Positions 40,912 through 49,438 of a stretch of 64,000 nt of DNA are shown here, piece after piece. The notes under the pieces were generated by a model. That model worked only from the letters and a program-made list of their open reading frames with translations, did not search any database and was not told the DNA's origin. The position numbers and the translations under genes are program-made. The stretch is from a virus (lineage: Duplodnaviria > Caudoviricetes): positions 71,614 through 135,613 of the IMG/VR virus record IMGVR_UViG_3300037067_013378; one strand, 5' to 3'. Position 1 is the first letter of the stretch. Each line of letters begins with the position of its first letter.

Positions 40912-40985
40912 GGGGGTATCGGCAATTGGCTAGTCAAACTGACTCCAAATCAGTATCAGTGGGAGTTCGAATCTCTCTGCCCCTG
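40912..40985 (+). tRNA. tRNA-Trp(CCA)
   Basis: ACTGA-CT CCA AA-TCAGT, G73. Confidence 0.9.
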
Positions 40986-40986
40986 C

Positions 40987-40999
40987 AAGAGTTCTTTAA
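40987..40999 (+). promoter_or_regulatory. boxA-like element after first tRNA of array
   Basis: AAGAGTTCTTTAA. Confidence 0.6.
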
Positions 41000-41004
41000 T
41001 ATAT

Positions 41005-41079
41005 GGTGCTTGTAGTTCAGTTGGTTAGAATGTCTGATTGTGGATCAGAAGGTCATCAGTTCAAATCTGATCAAGCACC
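41005..41079 (+). tRNA. tRNA-His(GTG)
   Basis: TCTGA-TT GTG GA-TCAGA, G-1/C73. Confidence 0.95.
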
Positions 41080-41082
41080 CTA

Positions 41083-41257
41083 AATTTATCGGTTGAAAAA
41101 CAGATAAATGATAATTATCGGCTAAATAGGCGATAATTTACAATTATAGACTAAAAAGGCTATAATTTAGGTCTTTGACATGTTGGTATTGAAAATTTTT
41201 TAAAAATTAGGTTTGTAGACCTATAAACAAGTTTTATAGGTTTATAGACCTATAATT
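41083..41257 (+). repeat. Tandem degenerate hairpin repeats in tRNA spacer
   Basis: Three ~29-nt units (AATTATCG-N10-CGATAATT type) then AGGTTTRTAGACCTATAA twice. Confidence 0.6.
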
Positions 41258-41258
41258 T

Positions 41259-41331
41259 GGAGTGATGACCGAGTTGCTCAAGGTGTTGGTCTGAAAAACC
41301 AATAATGTAGGTTGGATTCCTACTCACTCCA
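41259..41331 (+). tRNA. tRNA-Phe(GAA), C19/G56 variant
   Basis: TTGGT-CT GAA AA-ACCAA; T-loop TTGGATT. Confidence 0.85.
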
Positions 41332-41378
41332 CTCAGAACCAATATTATTTAATATATACTTTAAAAATAAAGTGTTAT

Positions 41379-42245
41379 ATGAATAATATTAATTGGGTTG
41401 AAGTTCAAAAATTTTATGATGATAATCATTTTTGGAAAGATGTTTTAAAAGAATTTAAGTTAAATAACGAAAAATTATGTAATGGTGTTAAATTAGGTTA
41501 TTTTAAAACAAGAAATAGAGAAGAATCATCAAAATTACATAACCAATTATATCCAAGAAAACATACAGAAGAAAGTAAAAAATTAATATCAGAAAAAAGA
41601 AAAAAATTTTTAATTGAAAATCCAGATAAAGTTCCATATTTAATGAATCATTATTCTAAAGGTGATAGTTATCCAGAAAAATATTTTGAAAATATTCTTA
41701 AAAAATATAATATTAATTATATTAAAAAATATAGAATTCACACATATGAATTAGATTTTGCAATTTTAGATAAGAAAATTGATATTGAAATTGATGGAGA
41801 ACAACATTATTTAGATAAAAGAATTATTGAATCTGATAAGAGAAGAAATATTTATTTAGAAAATGATGGCTGGGTTATATTAAGAATAAGATGGTCAGAT
41901 TATCAAAAATCAAATAAAGAAGAATATGTTAAAAATTTTATTAATTATTTAAACGATTTAACTTTAAATACACCCATATTTAATATAATTGAAAAAATTG
42001 ATTCACATAAAAATTATTGTGAATGTGGAAATATAAAATGGAAAAGTTCAAAAATTTGTTTATCTTGTTATAATAAAAAAAGAATGTTATATAAAAAACC
42101 ATCTTATGAACAATTACTTAATGATATAAAAGAAACAAATTATTCTGCAACAGGAAGAAAATATGGAGTTTCAGATAATTGTATTAGAAAATGGTTAAAA
42201 AAATATAAAACGGAATATAGCTCAGTTGGTAGAGCATCTGACTGA
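41379..42245 (+). CDS. DUF559/Vsr-like endonuclease with NUMOD3-like motif and C-terminal HTH
   Basis: YELDFA..IEIDGEQH..GWVILRIRW; GRKYGVSDNCIRKW. Confidence 0.85.
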   Translation: MNNINWVEVQKFYDDNHFWKDVLKEFKLNNEKLCNGVKLGYFKTRNREESSKLHNQLYPRKHTEESKKLISEKRKKFLIENPDKVPYLMNHYSKGDSYPEKYFENILKKYNINYIKKYRIHTYELDFAILDKKIDIEIDGEQHYLDKRIIESDKRRNIYLENDGWVILRIRWSDYQKSNKEEYVKNFINYLNDLTLNTPIFNIIEKIDSHKNYCECGNIKWKSSKICLSCYNKKRMLYKKPSYEQLLNDIKETNYSATGRKYGVSDNCIRKWLKKYKTEYSSVGRASD

Positions 42246-42283
42246 TATTCAGAAGGTCGATGGTTCAATTCCATCTATTCCGA
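42211..42283 (+). tRNA. tRNA-Ile(GAT)
   Basis: TCTGA-CT GAT AT-TCAGA. Confidence 0.92.
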
Positions 42284-42354
42284 CTAAATTAAAAAATATT
42301 TTTATAAAAATTTTTTAAATTCAAAAAATTATATTACATTTGTATTATAAAAAT

Positions 42355-42428
42355 GACCTCTTAGCTCAGTTGGTAGATGCACCACACTTTTAATGTGGGG
42401 GTCCTGGGTTCGAATCCCAGAGGGGTCA
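42355..42428 (+). tRNA. tRNA-Lys(TTT)
   Basis: CCACA-CT TTT AA-TGTGG. Confidence 0.92.
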
Positions 42429-42448
42429 CAAAAATTTTTAAGAATTGA

Positions 42449-42644
42449 AAAATGGGAAGTTGGCTTGGAAGCAGCCAGTAACCTTGGAAAAGTACAAACT
42501 TTTAAAGAGTGATTTGAAGCCTTATGTGATGAATATGAGTTCCGTATTATTAATCCCTAAAAGATTTGGGAAAATTACATTAAAAGTACCAAACACTAGA
42601 GGTTGTAATCCTTACAAATCTTTGGCGTAACAGCACACCATTTT
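42449..42644 (+). ncRNA. Structured RNA containing the 23S rRNA H43/H44 (uL11-binding) motif with two insertions
   Basis: GTTGGCTTGGAAGCAGCCA ... TTTAAAGAGT ... GCGTAACAGC-ACA closed by AAAATGG/CCATTTT. Confidence 0.75.
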
Positions 42645-42665
42645 ATTTTAAAAATTTTTGTAAGT

Positions 42666-42693
42666 CCTCTCACCTTATCGGTGAGAGGTTTTT
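42666..42693 (+). terminator. Intrinsic terminator inside the tRNA array
   Basis: CCTCTCACC/GGTGAGAGG plus TTTTT. Confidence 0.75.
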
Positions 42694-42703
42694 GCTATTG
42701 TAA

Positions 42704-42776
42704 GGGGGTGTAGTTTAACTGAAAAAAACCTGACACTACGGATGTCATAATGGGAGTTTGAATCTTCTCACCCTCA
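42704..42776 (+). tRNA. tRNA-Arg(ACG), A19/U56 variant
   Basis: TGACA-CT ACG GA-TGTCA. Confidence 0.85.
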
Positions 42777-42798
42777 CTAAAAAATAAAAAATTATATT

Positions 42799-43023
42799 AT
42801 GATGAACATTAAAGAAATTATCAAAGATAATAAAGTATATTTTCACTTTATTAGAGCAAATAATGCTTTTTATAAAATTTTATATAATGATATATGGTAT
42901 ATGTTTCCAGTTTCTTTATTAGAATTAGGAGATGCTACATTATTATCTGAAGATAAAGCTATATTTTTCATGAGGTATATTAGAAAAGCTTTAGAAAATA
43001 ATGAATTTGTTATAGCAACATAA
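42799..43023 (+). CDS. Hypothetical protein
   Basis: FPV..LGDATL..DKAIFFMRYIRK. Confidence 0.65.
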   Translation: MMNIKEIIKDNKVYFHFIRANNAFYKILYNDIWYMFPVSLLELGDATLLSEDKAIFFMRYIRKALENNEFVIAT

Positions 43024-43027
43024 ACAT

Positions 43028-43116
43028 GGAAGGTCGAAATGGACAGAGCTTATCCGTTTTGAAAACGGTGATGTCAGTGAGTAACTGATGTAGGAGTTGG
43101 ATTCTCCTACCTTCCG
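43028..43116 (+). tRNA. Atypical tRNA-Ser(TGA)
   Basis: Acceptor GGAAGGT/ACCTTCC-G, long variable arm, CCGT-TT TGA AA-ACGG; weak D-arm, TTGG T-loop. Confidence 0.7.
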
Positions 43117-43205
43117 CTTTTTGAATGATTTATAATTCACTATCTTATATTTTTTAAGTTATTGAATGATTTATCATACGTATAAGGTTTAAATCTTATT
43201 AATAT

Positions 43206-43283
43206 AGGATGTTAGCGCAGTTGGTTTAGCGCATCTGCCCTACAAGCAGAGGGTCATCAGTTCAAATCTGATACATCCTACCA
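43206..43283 (+). tRNA. tRNA-Val(TAC) with C33 and encoded CCA
   Basis: TCTGC-CC TAC AA-GCAGA. Confidence 0.92.
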
Positions 43284-43378
43284 AATTAAAATTTTTCAAA
43301 AAACTTCAAAAAAACTGACATTTTTCAGTTTTATGATATCATCAAATAATATATACATAAAAAATATATTATATAAAG

Positions 43379-43768
43379 ATGAAAGAGAAATTTATTCCTT
43401 ACCACACACATTTAATAGTAAAAGGTTATATTTATAATCCACCTATGAATGAAGAAAAATTAAATGAATTTTTTATAGATTTAGTAGAATCTGTTAATAT
43501 GAAAGTTGTGGCTGGCCCAACATCAGTCTATGTTGATGATTTAGGTAATGAAGGTATGACAGGAACAGTTACGTTAGCAACAAGTCATGCAAGTCTTCAT
43601 GTGTGGTCAGAAGAAAATCCATCACTTTTTCATTTTGATTTATACAGTTGTTCTAAATTTGATCACAAAAAAGTTTTAGATTTTATTGGTGATAGATTTG
43701 ATATGATTGATTATAAATTTTGGTTTATTGATAGAAATGATGATTTTCAACTTATTGACAAAAATTAA
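43379..43768 (+). CDS. S-adenosylmethionine decarboxylase proenzyme-like protein
   Basis: GMTGTVTLATSHASLHVWSE..DLYSC. Confidence 0.8.
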   Translation: MKEKFIPYHTHLIVKGYIYNPPMNEEKLNEFFIDLVESVNMKVVAGPTSVYVDDLGNEGMTGTVTLATSHASLHVWSEENPSLFHFDLYSCSKFDHKKVLDFIGDRFDMIDYKFWFIDRNDDFQLIDKN

Positions 43769-43769
43769 A

Positions 43770-43802
43770 AAAATGCTCTACCTTTATAAGTAGAGCATTT
43801 TT
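43770..43802. terminator. Bidirectional intrinsic terminator
   Basis: AAAATGCTCTAC/GTAGAGCATTTT. Confidence 0.8.
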
Positions 43803-43817
43803 CAATTTTTATATAAA

Positions 43818-44186
43818 TTAAGAAATAACTACAGTTTTAAATGTAAAATTTAAATTTAAAGCTTCGGAATAATATTCACCAAGTTCTTTTAAATCTTCAT
43901 CATCTTCTTCATAACCCCAAATAATAGTTTCAACATTTTTTGTTAAATCTATTTTTCGTAAAATGTTATAAATACATTTACTTGAAGAAGTATTGATGTA
44001 TTCTAGTTCAAAAGATATAGTTAATTTATTATTTTTTAATAAATTTAACAAAATTTCTTCAACATTTGAATAGAAATTAATAGCGTGTTCAGGGAAAGAT
44101 TTACCACTTAATGTGAAAATGTTTTTTTCATCATCAAAATAAATTGTTGGTGTGTTAGGTGATTTTTCAATTAATAAATTATTCAT
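43818..44186 (-). CDS. SiaC/DUF1987 family protein
   Basis: TPTI..LSGKSFPE..YINTSSSK..W.YEEDDED. Confidence 0.85.
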   Translation of the reverse strand: MNNLLIEKSPNTPTIYFDDEKNIFTLSGKSFPEHAINFYSNVEEILLNLLKNNKLTISFELEYINTSSSKCIYNILRKIDLTKNVETIIWGYEEDDEDLKELGEYYSEALNLNFTFKTVVIS

Positions 44187-44342
44187 AAAATAAGGTTTTA
44201 AAAAGTTTTGTAAATATTTTTAAAGAAAGTGCAAAGTTATATTTAAAAAATGTATAAAAAAATTTATTATATTTAAAAAAATATTATATTTGTTGAACAT
44301 TTAAATTTGTTATATTAATATATAAAAATAAAAGACTAAATT

Positions 44343-44708
44343 ATGGCTGTATCAAATTACCATGAACCATATTTTAATATTGATAGAGAAAATAATAGAA
44401 TTGATTTAAGTGGTAGATCAACTATAGAATATGCTTATAATCATTATATGGGTATCATAGAAAAAGTGAAAGAATATATAAAAGAAAAACCAGAAAAGGT
44501 TGATATACATGTAAAATTAGATTATTTTAATACTACATCATCAAAATGTATTTTAGATTTGTTTAAAACTTTTAGAGAAATATCAATGTTAAAGCATAAT
44601 ATTACAATATATTGGTATTATGAAGAAGATGATGAAGATATAAAAGAAGCTGGTATGGATTATAGTGAAATTTTAACATATATAAAATTTGAGTTTGTTG
44701 AATTTTAA
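44343..44708 (+). CDS. SiaC/DUF1987 family protein
   Basis: LSGRS..YFNTTSSK..WYYEEDDED. Confidence 0.85.
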   Translation: MAVSNYHEPYFNIDRENNRIDLSGRSTIEYAYNHYMGIIEKVKEYIKEKPEKVDIHVKLDYFNTTSSKCILDLFKTFREISMLKHNITIYWYYEEDDEDIKEAGMDYSEILTYIKFEFVEF

Positions 44709-44953
44709 ACAAAATATAAATTATAATATATAATAGATATGAAAGTATGCATGACAGATATAGTGAAAATTATTTTAAATAAAAAATTTTCAAATAAAGA
44801 AATAAAAAATGATAAAAATTTAAAAAAAGATGATACTTTTGTTATATTAGGTAATGTGTATAAAATATCATCTAAATAAAATATTTTATTATGAATTGTA
44901 AAAAAATAAATAAATTAGCTATGATGTAAATTAAAAAAATAATATTTACACAT

Positions 44954-45184
44954 ATGTCTAAGTCTTATAAAAAAACACCAATTTTTGGTATAGCAGGTTC
45001 TTCAGAAAAAGAAGATAAAAGATTTGCGAATAGAGCTTTTAGAAGAATATCTAAAGTTTTATTGAATAAAGAAGAATACGAAAAAATACCAATAAGAATG
45101 AGAGAAACAATTGATGTTTGGTGTATGTCAAAAGATGGTAAATCTTATTGGTCTAATGCTCCAGATAGATTTTATAGAAAATAA
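44954..45184 (+). CDS. Small basic hypothetical protein
   Basis: MSKSYKKTP..KRFANRAFRR..WCMSKDGK. Confidence 0.65.
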   Translation: MSKSYKKTPIFGIAGSSEKEDKRFANRAFRRISKVLLNKEEYEKIPIRMRETIDVWCMSKDGKSYWSNAPDRFYRK

Positions 45185-45228
45185 AATTTTTTAAACTTTT
45201 TCATAAAAAATAATATAATTTAATTATT

Positions 45229-45315
45229 GGAGAGTTGGCCGAGTGGTTGATGGCGTTAGTCTTGAAAACTAAAGTACGGGAAACTGTATCGGGGGTTCGA
45301 ATCCCTCACTCTCCG
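45229..45315 (+). tRNA. tRNA-Ser(TGA)
   Basis: TTAGT-CT TGA AA-ACTAA, long variable arm. Confidence 0.95.
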
Positions 45316-45338
45316 CTTAAAAAATATTAATTTTTTAT

Positions 45339-46050
45339 ATGACTGATTATGAAAAAGAAATTATATCTTATAGAAAACAAGGTAAGACTTATAAAGAGAT
45401 AAAACAAATCTTAAAAATTTCTAAATCTACAATATCTTATTATTGCACTAAAAATAAATTAAATATATTATTTGAATCTACTAAACCTTCTAATATAGAA
45501 GAAATAATTTTATTTAAAAATGAATATCATACAGCAAAAGATACAATAGATAAATTTAAATTAAGTAGATATACTTATTATAAGTATATACACCCATTAG
45601 TTCAAAAAAATGTTTCCTTTAATAAAAAGAAAAAAAAAAGAATTAAGTGTTTTTTGTTGTTTAAATTGTGGAAAAGAAATATTATCTTTATATAAAAATA
45701 GAAAATTTTGTGACCATGATTGTCAGAATGAATATTATTTTAATATTAAAATTGAAAAATGGTTAAAAGGTGAAATAACAGGTAAAAGAGGGAAAACAGC
45801 AACAGCAAGTTGGATAAAAAAATATTTAATTAAAAAATTTGGAGAAAAATGTATGATATGTGGGTGGTCAGAAAGAAATCCATACACATTAAATATACCA
45901 ATAGAATTAGAACATATAGATGGTGATTATACTAATAACAATATTGATAATTTAATATTATTGTGTCCAAATTGTCATTCATTAACACCAACATATAAGG
46001 GTGCAAATAAAAAAGGAAGACCACGATCAAAATATTATAGAGGATTGTAA
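45339..46050 (+). CDS. HTH + HNH endonuclease split by a frameshift in an A10 run (~45630-45639)
   Basis: N-half HTH (45339-45695); C-half ELEHIDGDYTNNNIDNLILLCPNCH (45610-46050). Confidence 0.75.
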
Positions 46051-46094
46051 ACTTTTTTAAAAAATTAAACTATATTAAAAAAAATATTTAAATT

Positions 46095-46952
46095 ATGAAA
46101 TCACAAAGATCATCAAGAGTGAATATGAAAGAATTAGAAATTTTTGATTTTTTCTATATTGATACAAATTTACCAAAACATAAAAAGGTTAATGATAGTG
46201 AAAATCATTTTACTGTTCGAAATGATTTTCTTGTTGAAAATGATTTTGCACCATCTACTGGTGGTTTTTATGGACAAAATATGTCAATAAAACAAAAAAT
46301 TAAGAATTGGATAATTTCAAAATTAGATTCTAATAAAAAAGATAAAAAAATAAAAAGAGTTATAAGTATTCCAGAGTTTTTTACTTCTATGTCAAAATCA
46401 TTTGAAGAATTAACATCAGTTTTAGATGTAGCTTTATATTATGAAAAAGCTTTAGTGCAAGCAAATGAAAATGGACAAGTTGCGTTAGAGCAAAAAATTA
46501 AAGATAATATCAACATAGTTAAATATGAAGCACAATTAATTTCTATTGGTTTAACAAAATATGTAACAGAAAAACAAGTAATAGATTTATTTGAAAAAGT
46601 TGGTGAAGATAAAAATTTAAAATTAACTTGGATAAAAAATTTTAATAGAATTATACCAGAAAATGTTTATAAGATAAAAAAAGATGTAGATAGCAGGTTA
46701 ATTTTTGATAATTATGTAATTTTACATTATGATCCTATTAATAATGGAGAAAAACTTACAAAAGAAGAAATAGAATATAAAAAAGACCCAATTTTATTTG
46801 GTTTAATTAATAATAGTAAGAAATTATATTATGTTGCTGATTGGAAAGATGATTATTGTGACCTTACACTTGAAGAAATGTTTAACACACTTGGTGAAAA
46901 TGTTTTAGAGATTAATAATAAAAACGTTAAAACATTTATTGATAAAATTTAA
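46095..46952 (+). CDS. Hypothetical phage protein
   Basis: IKNFNRIIP..DPILFG..LYYVADW.D.YCDLT. Confidence 0.7.
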   Translation: MKSQRSSRVNMKELEIFDFFYIDTNLPKHKKVNDSENHFTVRNDFLVENDFAPSTGGFYGQNMSIKQKIKNWIISKLDSNKKDKKIKRVISIPEFFTSMSKSFEELTSVLDVALYYEKALVQANENGQVALEQKIKDNINIVKYEAQLISIGLTKYVTEKQVIDLFEKVGEDKNLKLTWIKNFNRIIPENVYKIKKDVDSRLIFDNYVILHYDPINNGEKLTKEEIEYKKDPILFGLINNSKKLYYVADWKDDYCDLTLEEMFNTLGENVLEINNKNVKTFIDKI

Positions 46953-46957
46953 AAATT

Positions 46958-47430
46958 ATGAGTAGTTTTAATGATTTTCAAAAAAAGTATGGTATATCAA
47001 AAATAACATTTATATCTGAAAGTACAATATCACCCATATGTAAAATTGATTTTGTTAATAATAATATTTTAAATATAAATTTACCAAATTTTGATATTAT
47101 AAACACAAAAGAAAAATTATATAAATATATAGAACAACCTTTGATAGAATATTATAAAAAAATAAGAAAACAAAAATTAGATGAAATTCAAAAATAAAGA
47201 ACATTATAATGAGTAGTTTTGATAATTTTGATAAAATGTATGGTGTTTCACGACTTTGGTTTAAAGGAAAAACTATTTGTAAAATTAAATTTATTAATGA
47301 TGATATTTTGGATGTTTATATACCAAATCATATAAATACAAGAGAAAATTTATATGAACATATAGAAAATGATATAAGAAAATATTTTAGAAAAATAAGA
47401 AAACAAAAATTAGATGAAATTGCAAATTAA
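46958..47430 (+). CDS. Tandem paralogous small genes (46958-47197, 47209-47430)
   Basis: MSSF..F.K.YG..ICKI.F.N..IL..KIRKQKLDEI in both. Confidence 0.7.
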
Positions 47431-48106
47431 AGAATATCGTAATGATTGGTTTGAATTTTATCCTAATTTTGGATTTAATATATCATATGATTTTGCATCA
47501 TATTATCATGATGTACCACAAATTCATTTTCATTTTATTTGGGGTAGTTTTTATATTAATTTAATTAATTATAAGAATGTTATAAACAAAATCTTTAATA
47601 AAAATATTGAATCTTATTATGAATATAATCCACCATCATATGGTGTTTATTATCATTCAAAAGCTTTTTGGTTTAAATATGGTAAAGATAAAGTTAAATG
47701 TATAAGATTACCTTTTTATTATGATTGGATTAGAACATCATATTTAAAAAAAGATGGTACATGGGGTGTAGATAAATCAAGAAAAAGATTTTCTGATATT
47801 TTTAATTATGAAAATCAATTATGGTCTGAAAAATATCCTTATGTTTATAAATTAAATAATGGTGAAATACAAGAAAGAATAGCAACAGTTACTGTTGTAG
47901 AACGAGAATGGAGAATGTTATTTATTAAATTCACTAAATTGTTTAATAAGATAGATAAAAGTATAGATATTAATTTTGATAAAGAAGTTGGTGAAAGTTT
48001 TGGATCATATAAAGGTGGTTGTTATGGGTGTTCTTATACAATGTTAAAAAATGAAACACCAGAACAAACATTAAGAAGAATGGAAAAAGAAAGAATTTTT
48101 AAATAA
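47414..48106 (+). CDS. Hypothetical protein
   Basis: EREWR..EVGE..GSYKGG. Confidence 0.65.
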   Translation: MKLQIKEYRNDWFEFYPNFGFNISYDFASYYHDVPQIHFHFIWGSFYINLINYKNVINKIFNKNIESYYEYNPPSYGVYYHSKAFWFKYGKDKVKCIRLPFYYDWIRTSYLKKDGTWGVDKSRKRFSDIFNYENQLWSEKYPYVYKLNNGEIQERIATVTVVEREWRMLFIKFTKLFNKIDKSIDINFDKEVGESFGSYKGGCYGCSYTMLKNETPEQTLRRMEKERIFK

Positions 48107-48148
48107 TAGGGTTTTGTATATTTAAAGGTCTTACATTAAAGACTTTTT

Positions 48149-48616
48149 ATGAGAAAAATATTGTTTTTATTTTTATTATTTTTTTTATCATCTTGTTCAT
48201 TATTTAAAACTTCAGAATTATATAAAGGTTATACGGTGTTACCTTTAGTTAAATCTAAAGGAATGTTATTTTTAAATGTTACGTTAAATGGAAAAAATGC
48301 AATGTTATTAATAGATACTGGTTCAAGTAAATCTATACTTGATATAAATAAAGAAAATAAGTATAATTTTAAACACACAAATTTTAAAAATGAAAGATTT
48401 ATTGGTATTGGTGGTATTCAAGATATTTACATTGTTTATGATTATAAAATTGATGGTTTTTTAATTTCAATGGTTGGAACTACGTTAGAAGAAATAACAC
48501 CATATTTTTTTAGTGATGGTATAGAAATTGTTGGAATAATTGGTTCTGATTTTTTAAATGATAAAGAAGCAAAAATTGATTATACAAATCAAATATTATA
48601 TATTAAAAATTATTAA
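48149..48616 (+). CDS. Retropepsin-like aspartic protease, lipoprotein
   Basis: LSSC lipobox; LIDTGSS, GIIGSDFL. Confidence 0.85.
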   Translation: MRKILFLFLLFFLSSCSLFKTSELYKGYTVLPLVKSKGMLFLNVTLNGKNAMLLIDTGSSKSILDINKENKYNFKHTNFKNERFIGIGGIQDIYIVYDYKIDGFLISMVGTTLEEITPYFFSDGIEIVGIIGSDFLNDKEAKIDYTNQILYIKNY

Positions 48617-48690
48617 TATTGTTAAATATAATTTTTTTCTTATATTTGTTTATATTTTTAAATAAAATTAATATTATTAAATATAATTTT

Positions 48691-48779
48691 GGAGAGGTGC
48701 TTGAGTCTGGTTTAAAAGGCCAACCTGCTAAGTTGGTGTACGAGAAATTGTACCAAGGGTTCGAATCCCTTTCTCTCCG
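48691..48779 (+). tRNA. tRNA-Ser(GCT)
   Basis: CCAAC-CT GCT AA-GTTGG, long variable arm. Confidence 0.93.
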
Positions 48780-48846
48780 CATATATTAATAATTTTAAAC
48801 TTTTCTATCTTTTATAACTATAATATTTATAAAAAAATAATAAATT

Positions 48847-49428
48847 ATGAAATCAGAGCTTCAAAATCAACTTGTCAAAAAATATCCAGAATTTTTTGAA
48901 TATCTTAAAGATTATAAAGGCCCAATTATGCCAATCTCTTTTGGTTTTAGTTGTGGGGATGGGTGGTATTTTATACTTGATACTTTGATGTCAAGTATTC
49001 AATTTTACATGAATAATAAAAATAAACAAAAAATTATTAAAAATATTTTTTTAAGATGGTTATTTAATAGAAAAAGATTTATATTTAAATTATTATCATA
49101 TTCTAAATTTGGTAGAAAATTAAATACTAAAATACTATTTGAGTTTTCTTCTAAATTTGAAAGAATAGAAAGAAATGATATTAAAGTTGATTTAATTCAA
49201 GTAAAAGAAAAATTTGGAACTTTAAGATTTTATATTCATGGTGGTGATGAATATATAAATGGTATGATATCACTTGCTGAAAGTATGTCATATCATACTT
49301 GTGAAAACTGTGGTTCAACAGAAAATATAGGAACAACAAAAAGATGGTTATCAGTTTTGTGTGAAGATTGTGCAATTAAATTAAATAAAAGAGATTCTTG
49401 GGAAAGAAGTGATAATAATAACAATTAA
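48847..49428 (+). CDS. Hypothetical phage protein
   Basis: CGDGW..QVKEKFGTLRFY..CENCG..LCEDC. Confidence 0.7.
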   Translation: MKSELQNQLVKKYPEFFEYLKDYKGPIMPISFGFSCGDGWYFILDTLMSSIQFYMNNKNKQKIIKNIFLRWLFNRKRFIFKLLSYSKFGRKLNTKILFEFSSKFERIERNDIKVDLIQVKEKFGTLRFYIHGGDEYINGMISLAESMSYHTCENCGSTENIGTTKRWLSVLCEDCAIKLNKRDSWERSDNNNN

Positions 49429-49438
49429 AATAAGTAAT

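Noticed and set aside
41083-41257. CRISPR array
   Set aside because: Units are abutting and degenerate with no unique spacers; no cas genes in the window.
42445-42630. 61-aa ORF
   Set aside because: Coincides with the structured RNA; TTG start; no recognisable protein features.
42449-42644. Genuine 23S rRNA gene or host contamination
   Set aside because: Only ~55 nt match, split by insertions, with no flanking rRNA sequence and embedded in the phage tRNA array.
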